Source: a virus. Taken from it: a stretch of 64,000 bases of DNA. The notes beneath the pieces were generated by a model that searched no databases, had not been told where the DNA came from, and saw only the letters and a list, made by a program, of their open reading frames with translations. Position 1 is the stretch's first letter; every line of letters begins with the position of its first letter. The translations under genes and the position numbers were made by a program. The DNA lies in the IMG/VR virus record IMGVR_UViG_3300009008_000003, one strand, 5' to 3'. Positions 46,645 through 55,218 of this stretch are shown here, one piece after another.

Positions 46645-47108
46645 TGTTTAATTCTCATATATACGTGATAGTTTGTTAGACTCCCATCTAGCATATTAAA
46701 AGCAAAGATCCATTTTTCTTTCTCTAGCTTTTCTAGTAAATTTTTAAGATCGTGATCCCTATGATTTACCGCTCTATACTCTACCCCATTCATAAGAACA
46801 CCAAGAAATTCGGTAAGTTTTTGCTCTATAGTTGCTTCAATATTCTTTTTTAGCTCTCGTGGTTTTATTTCGTGAGTACCAGCTAATTTTTTTATTAAAC
46901 GATTAGAAGAAGCCTCAGTCATTTTTATTTCATCAGTTTCTGGCTCTTCTTTAACCTTTTTTGGGGATTTAGCAGTACCTTTAACTGGTGATTTTTTCTT
47001 GGCAGTTTTAGCTGGTTTCTTCTTGGCGGCCTCTCTTCGTTCAAGAGCCTCCTCGGCTGATAATCCTAGTTTTATTTCTTCTTTTGTTCGTCTAAATTTC
47101 TTGGCCAC
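46641..47108 (-). CDS. Protein with Lys/Ala/Pro-rich histone H1-like N-region and DUF4177-like C-domain
   Basis: KKKPAKTAKKKSPVKGTAKSPKK; GVEYRAV...LEKEKWIF; GTG start with AGGAGG. Confidence 0.55.
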   Translation of the reverse strand: MAKKFRRTKEEIKLGLSAEEALERREAAKKKPAKTAKKKSPVKGTAKSPKKVKEEPETDEIKMTEASSNRLIKKLAGTHEIKPRELKKNIEATIEQKLTEFLGVLMNGVEYRAVNHRDHDLKNLLEKLEKEKWIFAFNMLDGSLTNYHVYMRIKQ

Positions 47109-47121
47109 TTATCCTCCTATT

Positions 47122-47147
47122 AAAAAAAGGGGTACACGCAGTACCCC
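47122..47147 (-). terminator. Rho-independent terminator ending the JAB-E1 unit
   Basis: Minus strand GGGGTAC-TGCGT-GTACCCC-TTTTTTT. Confidence 0.8.
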
Positions 47148-47155
47148 ATATCATG

Positions 47156-47767
47156 CTACCCAAAGTTGTGAACAAATTTACTAAAATATTGGTCACCTCG
47201 TATCATGTGCAGAAAAATTTGAGTGCCTATAGTTGCGACTATTTTGTTTCCTTGTTGTATGATTCCCTGGTCTAATTCAAATTGTCGTTGGCAACTCATA
47301 TCTTCTTTATCTGTTTTTACGGTCGCCATTAGCGATTCTGTTGTTGTTCGTTCATGTGATGTAAATACCGCAATAGCTGTGCCTTCAGATCTCATATCAA
47401 TAAACTTAAATTTATGTTTATCCCATAGCTCGAACATATGCTTTCTGAATTTTGTGTTGTCCACGCAGCAGATAACATAATCATAGCCTTTATCTAGATA
47501 TTCTTGTAGGTTTTCTACTTTCTTAACCTCTGCTTTGAATATTTGCAGATGATCTTTCCACCTATCCTTTAAAGCTTCTACTTTATGCTTACCGATATCA
47601 TCTTTGGTGAATTTTTGATATTTTATATTCTTTTTTTCAACCGAATCGTTATCCACCATTGTAAAAATATATTCATCTGGAATTTGTTCGGCAATTATTA
47701 ATTCCACAATTTCAAACAGGAACCGGCTACCAATACCGCCCGCCCCTACTACTAATACTTTTTTCAT
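47156..47767 (-). CDS. ThiF/MoeB/E1-like adenylyltransferase
   Basis: VLVVGAGGIGS, VDNDSVEKKNIKYQ, GKHKVEAL, DYVICCVDN, candidate catalytic Cys in MSCQ. Confidence 0.88.
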   Translation of the reverse strand: MKKVLVVGAGGIGSRFLFEIVELIIAEQIPDEYIFTMVDNDSVEKKNIKYQKFTKDDIGKHKVEALKDRWKDHLQIFKAEVKKVENLQEYLDKGYDYVICCVDNTKFRKHMFELWDKHKFKFIDMRSEGTAIAVFTSHERTTTESLMATVKTDKEDMSCQRQFELDQGIIQQGNKIVATIGTQIFLHMIRGDQYFSKFVHNFG

Positions 47768-48228
47768 ACTATTTCTACCTCTACTTCGATAAAATCATCA
47801 AGCCCTCTATCCCATTTCCATAAATGTGGCACACCATCAGCTCCTCCAAGAATACAGTATGGCATATCTAAACCTTTGCCGAGTCTAAATGCATTCTTAT
47901 CTATTTCTGATGGAATCCCTAAACTGCGCGGGTGGTTATGCACTGCTATTGGATGCATATTTGATTTGGGATTCATGGCAGAGGTGGTGAACAATACGTT
48001 CATCATTTGCTGAGGATGCATTTGATAATCAATAATATTGGTTTCTAGAGGTTTGATGTTATCCACCCAACTAAAATTCTGAACAGCCATTCTATGTCTG
48101 TCAGCGTCTTTGTACCGCCCTGTAAAAAATCCACAAAATTCTCTCCCATACATAGTATCTAAAATGATAAGATGCTTTATTAAAGATTCTGGGATACTTG
48201 CTTTTCTTATACTTAGTGTCTCTAACAT
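47764..48228 (-). CDS. JAB/MPN+ metallopeptidase
   Basis: Upstream Glu in REFCG and an exact HxH-x7-S-x2-D (HNHPRSLGIPSEID). Confidence 0.88.
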   Translation of the reverse strand: MLETLSIRKASIPESLIKHLIILDTMYGREFCGFFTGRYKDADRHRMAVQNFSWVDNIKPLETNIIDYQMHPQQMMNVLFTTSAMNPKSNMHPIAVHNHPRSLGIPSEIDKNAFRLGKGLDMPYCILGGADGVPHLWKWDRGLDDFIEVEVEIV

Positions 48229-48247
48229 GTGTTTTCCTTATACTTAT

Positions 48248-48276
48248 AAAAATAGGAGGGCCATTTCTGGCCCTCC
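48248..48276 (-). terminator. Terminator-like hairpin between the Ubl and JAB genes
   Basis: Minus strand GGAGGGCC-AGAAAT-GGCCCTCC-TATTTTT. Confidence 0.6.
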
Positions 48277-48304
48277 CTGGTAGCGATACTTTATGTACCC
48301 GCAA

Positions 48305-49012
48305 TTAGATGCGTAAAGCCTTGGCCAGTTGGTGAGCATGTTGCTGCACAGTGCCTTCCAGCTGTTTCTTGATAGCTGCTAGAATATGTTTACGGGCATT
48401 TAATACATCGTAACGTTCTTCTGTACTTACGCGTAAGGTGAGAGCCTTATGCGCGGAATCGAAGCCTATTACAACCTGGGCGGCGGGTTTGATAGCATCT
48501 GCAAAACTTGCATTCACTGATGTCCCTTTGGCCCAGTCTCTGGTACACATAGTGTCTTCACCGATAGATTCCATTACAGAATTATATTCTTCGGAAACCA
48601 GGTTATTAAACCCAGTTTCTATAAGACCGTATAAAACAGATCTCCACATGAAGATCTCTTTTACTCTTTTACCGTTGGCTACGATGTCGATAACATCGGG
48701 CTCTGTTCCTAATTTTATCGCCAATACAGTATTGCCAGTGTATTTAAAATCATCTGCGACGTTAAATACCACAGCATATTGCTCAGCACCCCCTTCTAAC
48801 GCAGCTGAAAGCAAGATGCTTTCTGCTCTCTCTAATTCTCCGGTAGAAATCTGTCCCGGATCCTTTAGTTCCCCATCCAGAAATACCCACTTGTCTTCAT
48901 CGTCTGCGATTGCTTTGATTTTTGTTAATGCGGCCTCTGGCAGCATATCGTATGGGGTATCACCTTGTGAGCTCATCACTGCGAAATGGATTAATTTTGT
49001 TTCTTTTGCCAT
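48305..49012 (-). CDS. Ubiquitin-like (beta-grasp) precursor: 75-aa domain ending in LEGG plus ~160-aa C-terminal extension
   Basis: GG at residues 74-75 (ILLSAALEGG); adjacent to JAB and E1. Confidence 0.6.
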   Translation of the reverse strand: MAKETKLIHFAVMSSQGDTPYDMLPEAALTKIKAIADDEDKWVFLDGELKDPGQISTGELERAESILLSAALEGGAEQYAVVFNVADDFKYTGNTVLAIKLGTEPDVIDIVANGKRVKEIFMWRSVLYGLIETGFNNLVSEEYNSVMESIGEDTMCTRDWAKGTSVNASFADAIKPAAQVVIGFDSAHKALTLRVSTEERYDVLNARKHILAAIKKQLEGTVQQHAHQLAKALRI

Positions 49013-49033
49013 TAGTACTTATTCCTTAAATTA

Positions 49034-51217
49034 TTATAGTGTTGTAACTTTATGCGCAACTCTTGAATCGTTTGCAACAGTTAACATTCTTGCTACGAGT
49101 ATATCTTGTCCCACGACCCTATGCCCTTTGTCTACAATACAGATATGACTCTTATCTTCTCCGTATACTTCGTGGTTTCCTTCTCTATCTACATAGTAAG
49201 TTTGTTTCTTACCCTTAACTTCGTACGCATTTATGGTTCCATTGTACGTTGTGTTTATTTGCACTTCTTTGGCTTTTAGCATTTTTACTGTGCTTTGTAA
49301 TAATTTTTCTGAGCGTTTAAGTGCTTCTTTGTAAGTTTTGATACCCTCTTTCATCAGATCTATTATTTTATCTGCTGGGATATCGACGATTTTTTCATCA
49401 CTAAATACTGAGGTCATATCTTGCAGTGAGTACGACTGTCGTAATTTTGATTTAAAACTGTTTATATTTCTAATTCTATATTTTGCGTTTTTGAGGCCTT
49501 TAACGTAATTCTTTCCTTTGGTTCTGTACAGGTGGAAAGTATAATTAATGTGCTGGTTGAAGAAGTTATCGTAGTAGTTAACTGAAATGCCTGTAGCTAT
49601 TAGTTTGTGTATAGCTATAGAACAGGATGTTATAGATTTTAGAAATGCGTTGAAAGTGTCATCCGAATCATAACAAATCATTGTTTCTATAACTTCGCCT
49701 AGTTCAGATATGTTAACTCTGATGTCGTTTATAGTTAATCTTCCAATAGTTTTTCCGGAATCGCTAGTCTTGTTTGTTTTTGCCACCTTAGCTGTTATGG
49801 TACCAACAGTTATGTCAAAGGATGCGGTACGACTTTTTACCATGCTTTGCAAATATTGTGCAACGGCTTCTAATACATGATTAAAATTAACATCTGCTAG
49901 CCCAGTTGATCTGTATCCATTTATTTTATTTCTTAACCAGGCTCCGATGATATCTTCATCAACGTCTACTGTGCCATGTTTCATGTTCTCTACTTTTATG
50001 ATTTGATTTTCGTAAGTAAGAATCTTATCTTCGAAAACCATATCATTGAACACTAGTTTTGATTTGTCCTTCAACCTTGTTTTTAGGTTCTTTTTTATAG
50101 AAGTATTCAGCTCTTCTTCTTTTTTCTGTTTTTCTTGAGCTATTAATACTGGAAACAGTGCTTCTTCTAATTCGGAGGTTTTTATCAAAATGGAGTTAGC
50201 TGCTCCTACATGATTAATGTAGGCGTCTATTTGTTGATTCCAATTTACAGCTTTTTTGCACTTTAACATTGTGTCTATATCAAAATCATTAAAGTCTAAA
50301 TATAACGTATTGTGATGCCTATTATCATAGTCATCCTGGTGCAGATAAAGTCTTCCTAGATCAATATAATTGTAATCAACAGTGTTTGCTTTAAACTCTA
50401 AATTTTTTAATGCCAGGTGTTTTCTGAGATTTGCATAGAACTCTTCCGACCCAACTTCTAATTTACGATATCTATAATTATAGGCGGCGCTCGATATTGA
50501 TGCTACCAACGCTCTTCTTATATCGTCTTTTTCTGCTATTCTGATTATTATATGAGGCGAAGAAACATAATCTCCACAATCATTTAACCGATATAAGATG
50601 TTAAGTTGGTCGTCAGTTAATTCTTCTATCTCTGAATATAAAAATCCTTTATCAGTGAGAATTTCCTTCGTGTTATTCAGCCTAAGATCTATAGATACTC
50701 GTTGGTTCATCCCTGCAGTCAGTTTTTGTATTCCATTATTATTATGATAATTATCATTTACACTGCAATATGATAATAAGTTTTTTAATACCTGTAGATC
50801 TTTTGTGTCTTGTTCTGCGTTTAGAACTTTTGTAGACCACCCAATAGAATAATAATGATTAATGCTTAAGTCGTTGCCCCATTTGTCTTTCTTTTCTTCA
50901 CCTTTTCCGTGCGGAGACAAGGTTACCTTAAAAGTATTTTTTATTTGGTGGGGTCTATAGTTGTTTATATTAACTTCTACTTCATCTTCAGTTACGTAAG
51001 AACAGCCTACTACTAATGGGGAATCATTGAGTTGATAGTCCTTAGTAATAGTTACAACATAATTATCTTCGAATAAAGGTTGTATTTTTTTTATATAAGC
51101 TTGTATAACTTCTACTTCTTTATATAAAGAGGTAATGCGTCTTTTGTGATTGAATTCATAAAGACTGGCCATAGTTCTTAATTGTGTCTCGTTTAAACGG
51201 CTTTTATCATTGTACAT
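49034..51217 (-). CDS. Large hypothetical protein (727 aa) heading the Ubl cassette
   Basis: ORF; C-terminal HICIVDKG...DILVARML...NDSRVAHKVTTL segment. Confidence 0.65.
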   Translation of the reverse strand: MYNDKSRLNETQLRTMASLYEFNHKRRITSLYKEVEVIQAYIKKIQPLFEDNYVVTITKDYQLNDSPLVVGCSYVTEDEVEVNINNYRPHQIKNTFKVTLSPHGKGEEKKDKWGNDLSINHYYSIGWSTKVLNAEQDTKDLQVLKNLLSYCSVNDNYHNNNGIQKLTAGMNQRVSIDLRLNNTKEILTDKGFLYSEIEELTDDQLNILYRLNDCGDYVSSPHIIIRIAEKDDIRRALVASISSAAYNYRYRKLEVGSEEFYANLRKHLALKNLEFKANTVDYNYIDLGRLYLHQDDYDNRHHNTLYLDFNDFDIDTMLKCKKAVNWNQQIDAYINHVGAANSILIKTSELEEALFPVLIAQEKQKKEEELNTSIKKNLKTRLKDKSKLVFNDMVFEDKILTYENQIIKVENMKHGTVDVDEDIIGAWLRNKINGYRSTGLADVNFNHVLEAVAQYLQSMVKSRTASFDITVGTITAKVAKTNKTSDSGKTIGRLTINDIRVNISELGEVIETMICYDSDDTFNAFLKSITSCSIAIHKLIATGISVNYYDNFFNQHINYTFHLYRTKGKNYVKGLKNAKYRIRNINSFKSKLRQSYSLQDMTSVFSDEKIVDIPADKIIDLMKEGIKTYKEALKRSEKLLQSTVKMLKAKEVQINTTYNGTINAYEVKGKKQTYYVDREGNHEVYGEDKSHICIVDKGHRVVGQDILVARMLTVANDSRVAHKVTTL

Positions 51218-51220
51218 TAC

Positions 51221-51604
51221 TTACCTTTTAAAATTATCGTGCTTGCAGGCAATGGCTACTTTGTATCCATTATCTTTGGGCCAGGTTGATATTTTCGTGC
51301 CCACTAATTTAGCAGGCGTACTTACACTTACAAAATTTAATAGCTGAACTAGCGTACTTCGCGAGTCTAGCTTCCCTTCTGGGTCTCTGGATATCCATAA
51401 TCCTTTGTGAGTCGGCTCTTGTGTTTTATAGTCTATTACCCATGCTTCGTCTATCTGGTAATCAATACCGCCAACATCAGAGCAAGTTAAAACTACTTTT
51501 GTTGCGTTTTTACTACTGCCGGCGGTTTGTACTATTTTTGTATCAACTGCAATTATTTCTAGGTCTTTCTTTGGAGAACCAATTTCAGTATCTAGTATTC
51601 CCAT
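51221..51604 (-). CDS. Hypothetical beta-rich protein (possible OB-fold)
   Basis: AAGGAG RBS before ATG 51604. Confidence 0.55.
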   Translation of the reverse strand: MGILDTEIGSPKKDLEIIAVDTKIVQTAGSSKNATKVVLTCSDVGGIDYQIDEAWVIDYKTQEPTHKGLWISRDPEGKLDSRSTLVQLLNFVSVSTPAKLVGTKISTWPKDNGYKVAIACKHDNFKR

Positions 51605-51614
51605 GTATGTCTCC

Positions 51615-52100
51615 TTAATTTTTATTATCTGTGCTGCCGAAGCCGCCTGCACCGCGTTCTGTTTCTGTTAATTTTTCTGTCCATTCGAATTTTGCATCTA
51701 TTCTATGGTGCAGCACAAATTGTGCTATTTTTTCTCCAAGGTCTATGTCTATGGGGGTTGCCCCGTGGTTTGCTAAAACTACGCTGACTTCTCCTCTATA
51801 GTCTGGGTCTATAACCCCAGCTTTTATAAAAATATTTTCTCGAACTGCTAACCCGCTTCGTTCAGATATTTGAACGTAATAATCATGTGGTATTTCTAGC
51901 GATATACCAAGAGGAGCTTTCTTTTTACTATATCCTGGTATTCTAAAACTAGTTGTGGAAAATACGTCGAAGCCTACGGCGGTTGGGGTTGCTTGCAGGG
52001 GTAGCTGTGCCCTGGGATTATTTTTTAAAACTTTAACCTTGAGTGGTTTTAGACTTATCCCTTTGCTCGTCATATTTGTCGATTGCTTCGTTTCTTTCAT
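51615..52100 (-). CDS. dut: Trimeric dUTPase
   Basis: AVGFDV, ERSGLA, GVIDPDYRGEV, KIAQFV, TERGAGGFGST. Confidence 0.95.
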   Translation of the reverse strand: MKETKQSTNMTSKGISLKPLKVKVLKNNPRAQLPLQATPTAVGFDVFSTTSFRIPGYSKKKAPLGISLEIPHDYYVQISERSGLAVRENIFIKAGVIDPDYRGEVSVVLANHGATPIDIDLGEKIAQFVLHHRIDAKFEWTEKLTETERGAGGFGSTDNKN

Positions 52101-52365
52101 CCATTTCCTTATCTGTTATTAATTTATTTGTGCTTTTTATACTTTTTATGTCTATCAGCGTTTCTGCGTAGACTATTAACTTTTCTCCTGGTGATACGAA
52201 ACCACTCTGAGCATATTCTAGTTTTTTTGTAGGTAAAGGAAAGATATTGATGAACCTGGATAACCCCTGCTCGTCATTGTAAATTTCTCCCATTAAACCT
52301 ATATAACTTATACCATAATCTGTGTAAATTGACACAGGGGTATCCTTTGAAAACATATAAATCAT
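52033..52365 (-). CDS. Hypothetical protein
   Basis: 110-aa ORF coupled to recU. Confidence 0.5.
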   Translation of the reverse strand: MIYMFSKDTPVSIYTDYGISYIGLMGEIYNDEQGLSRFINIFPLPTKKLEYAQSGFVSPGEKLIVYAETLIDIKSIKSTNKLITDKEMDERNEAIDKYDEQRDKSKTTQG

Positions 52366-52838
52366 TATAATAATCCTAAGTAATCTTCTAACGAAACTAA
52401 CCAGTCATCGTTGAATTCGTGTATTGGAATGCTTTTTCTTCCTTCATCATCGTAGGCTTTGTCCCAGTAATCGCATATAAGGCTCATAGGAGCCCTGTGA
52501 GCGTGTCTTTCATATAAACTGTAAAAGTGTACTAGAAAAAACCCATCGCCTCCTAGAGCGTCCCACAGGCGCAAAAATTCGACCTGGTGTTGCTTAAAGT
52601 AACTAAGCGGAAGAGACGTTTCAGATTTGCATTCTTTGGCGTCAAAGGCAATGGCTTTACCCCCGGATAAAACACCTATAAAATCCACTGTGCTCAACTG
52701 CGGAATCAAACCAGCTTTGGTTGGTACAATGGGTGTTTCTATCTTCTGGATCTGTGCTAATCGTTTCTTCCGGTATTCACGGTTGCACTTTTGTACTGCT
52801 TTTTCAAGCGTTTTACCTTTGGGGGTTTTTTTAGCCAT
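52365..52838 (-). CDS. recU: RecU-like Holliday junction resolvase
   Basis: STVDFIGV...AIAFDAKE...HQVEFL...GGDGFFLVHF. Confidence 0.85.
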   Translation of the reverse strand: MAKKTPKGKTLEKAVQKCNREYRKKRLAQIQKIETPIVPTKAGLIPQLSTVDFIGVLSGGKAIAFDAKECKSETSLPLSYFKQHQVEFLRLWDALGGDGFFLVHFYSLYERHAHRAPMSLICDYWDKAYDDEGRKSIPIHEFNDDWLVSLEDYLGLL

Positions 52839-53607
52839 TTTTATAAAATTTCCTAAAATCTCTTATTTTAATTAGTGGAGATTCTTCTATGAGTTTTGGG
52901 TGATTATTTGTGTACACAAATAGATCTCCATTGTCCGTTTTCATTCCGCCCTTAATGAACATATCGAAGTTATAGTTGTCTTCTAAATAAGAATCGAGCC
53001 ACTTTATTTTGTTTTTTTGTGGTGAATTATATTCTGTGCTCCAGAAATCCCTTTTCATGTACGGGTTCTGCAGCATGCTATAATGAAACATACCATGACC
53101 ATCGATGTGGTAAGGGTTTCGACCTGGCCAATTATTAGTAGGAGTAAATTTATGAGCGGTGTTTTCTATTCTCCATAATCTCATTCTATTGCTTTTTAGA
53201 TAGCGAGTCATATTAACGAAAAAGAACTTTTCGTTAGTTTCAATTGCGTTATATTTTCCTGATTCGATGATTTTCTTTATTCTTAAAATTTCATCATCAA
53301 AATAGAATTCGTCTGCGTCTAGTAACCATATCCAATTTCCTTCTTCATATAACTCACTATATTGCAGCATAGAATTCATAGTAGCTGCTTTTGTGGTACT
53401 ATGGTTATTTTTAAATACTACATCCACTAAAGACACCGGGTAGTTTTTGCATAAGTCCAATGTACCGTCTTCGAATTTTTCCAAAGAGATGCTATGCGCT
53501 CCCACAGATACTAACACTTCATCGCACATGCTAATGGCTTGTTTAAGAGCCACTTCGATCCAATGTTCACAGCCCCAGGCGGTCATTATACCAATTATTT
53601 TATTCAT
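52831..53607 (-). CDS. GT2-like (GT-A fold) glycosyltransferase
   Basis: DEVLVSVG, WIWLLDADEF (DxD), RMRLWR, FHYS. Confidence 0.7.
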   Translation of the reverse strand: MNKIIGIMTAWGCEHWIEVALKQAISMCDEVLVSVGAHSISLEKFEDGTLDLCKNYPVSLVDVVFKNNHSTTKAATMNSMLQYSELYEEGNWIWLLDADEFYFDDEILRIKKIIESGKYNAIETNEKFFFVNMTRYLKSNRMRLWRIENTAHKFTPTNNWPGRNPYHIDGHGMFHYSMLQNPYMKRDFWSTEYNSPQKNKIKWLDSYLEDNYNFDMFIKGGMKTDNGDLFVYTNNHPKLIEESPLIKIRDFRKFYKNG

Positions 53608-54382
53608 TTATTAGTAATTTTTTTATTTTTTCTTTATTTAAATTGAAATACACGTTATTAATTTTATCATAGGTGAAAGCTTCTTCTATCACTTTTTCGA
53701 TGTCTATAATATTTTTTAAATCTTTGATATCGTCTTGTTCAAACAGGTGATTGGTTGTTATCTGGGTTATGGGCTTTAGTTTCGAGATTAAAAAGCCTAA
53801 AGCAGCTCCGTGGCTAATTCCATAAAAACCTGTTATTGGGTAGGATAGCGCGTGTAATAGATTGGTACCTGTTATCTCTATGGCCCCGCCTGCTAAAATT
53901 CCAGCGCCTACAATAAGTATATTAGTAGGGTAACCGGTAAGAAGACTCATTGCATCGGTCGCTTGTATAGCGCTATGATTAGTGATATTTTTAGAAAGTA
54001 AGCTATCTATACAATGGGCTATTATATCAAATTTTGTATCCGCCCATACCTGATATGGTACAGTTTTTAAATAGTTTTCAATTATTTCTACTGTTTTTGG
54101 TCTGTGTCTTTTTATGCTATGTTTTCTATGTTTATCCCAGTACACCGCCCAGGAAGTAGAACTTGCGCCTGCTCCGGTAGTAGGGTAACAAGTGATGGGA
54201 TTCTTTGCCAATATTTTGGCGGTATCTATAACTGCCCCACCCCCGACAGCAACTACGTCTTCTTCGCTGTCAATCTCTGCCAAAAGAGAAATATCTGGAG
54301 CTTCTGTTACTATTCGTGCGCGGTCGTATTCAGGTAGTAAATCTCTGGTAGATTTAGAACATACGAGTAATGTATTATTCAT
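53600..54382 (-). CDS. Iron-containing alcohol dehydrogenase, likely phosphonoacetaldehyde reductase (shortened)
   Basis: VGGGAVIDTAK, YPTTGAGAS, DIIAHCIDS, HALSY...SHGAA; directly downstream of ppd. Confidence 0.8.
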   Translation of the reverse strand: MNNTLLVCSKSTRDLLPEYDRARIVTEAPDISLLAEIDSEEDVVAVGGGAVIDTAKILAKNPITCYPTTGAGASSTSWAVYWDKHRKHSIKRHRPKTVEIIENYLKTVPYQVWADTKFDIIAHCIDSLLSKNITNHSAIQATDAMSLLTGYPTNILIVGAGILAGGAIEITGTNLLHALSYPITGFYGISHGAALGFLISKLKPITQITTNHLFEQDDIKDLKNIIDIEKVIEEAFTYDKINNVYFNLNKEKIKKLLINE

Positions 54383-54839
54383 TTAATTCCCTTTTTATTA
54401 TTACAGCATTTGTGGCGCCTTCAAGAAGTACACGGGCTTTTTTGCCTTCTTTGTTTATTTTTATTATGGAAGTAATCCCAGGATAGGTTCCTTCTAAAGG
54501 AGCACATGCGTAGCCACCTACAGATTCATGGCACCCGTTATCTAGAATATATACAAACAAATTATCCGGAGCCTCGTCTCGTATCGTGTGGGTTATTCCT
54601 AAATGCATAAGCAGGGCGGCATCTCCGCTTATTACTACTACGGGCTTGTTTGTGTTGAGGGCCATACCCAAACCTATACAAGGAGCCAGTCCCATACTGC
54701 CCTGCATGTAGAATATGTTTTTGTTGTGCGGGTACTTATCGTACATCGCCCTTGATATATAGCCCGTGCTAGTGATGTAAATAGCTTTATCCCCGTGTGT
54801 AGAATAAATATGAGTTAATGCTCGATCTCTACTTAGCAT
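54375..54839 (-). CDS. ppd: Phosphonopyruvate decarboxylase, TPP-binding (beta) subunit
   Basis: FYMQGSMGLA...IGLGMA...SGDAALLM...LDNGCHESVGG. Confidence 0.85.
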   Translation of the reverse strand: MLSRDRALTHIYSTHGDKAIYITSTGYISRAMYDKYPHNKNIFYMQGSMGLAPCIGLGMALNTNKPVVVISGDAALLMHLGITHTIRDEAPDNLFVYILDNGCHESVGGYACAPLEGTYPGITSIIKINKEGKKARVLLEGATNAVIIKRELNE

Positions 54840-55218
54840 TATTACTACCTTTCACAATAATGTAATTATCGTAATTAATTAGTGTAAGTAAGGACTCATC
54901 TACTTTGCCCATAACCGCATGCTGGGGGAGAGAATGTCGATGTCCGATTATTAGTAATGGTTTTATATTATGAGGTATACATAAGCTTGTTAGCGGGTTT
55001 ATTGTGTTGCCCAAGCCGGAATTTTGCAGGTATACGCAGCTTTTCTTCCCAGCCAACTCAGCCCCAAAAGCAATGCCTATGGCTTGTCCTTCATTAGCGG
55101 CTATTATGTGTTTTATTTCGCTGTCTATTATTTCGTCTATAAGAGGCTTTAGCCCGCTGTCCGGAACACCTACAAAGAAATTATAGCCCCTGTCAAGTAA
55201 ATGTTGTAATTTAATCAT
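54829..55218 (-). CDS. ppd: Phosphonopyruvate decarboxylase, N-terminal (alpha) subunit
   Basis: FFVGVPDS...[12 protein letters not shown]...[17 protein letters not shown]. Confidence 0.85.
   Translation of the reverse strand: MIKLQHLLDRGYNFFVGVPDSGLKPLIDEIIDSEIKHIIAANEGQAIGIAFGAELAGKKSCVYLQNSGLGNTINPLTSLCIPHNIKPLLIIGHRHSLPQHAVMGKVDESLLTLINYDNYIIVKGSNNAK

Noticed and set aside
48438-49148. 236-aa plus-strand ORF antisense to the Ubl gene
   Set aside because: It lies opposite a gene with clear context, has no RBS or motif, and reads like a typical antisense shadow (Ser/Ala/Thr-rich). Its length is noted but unsupported.
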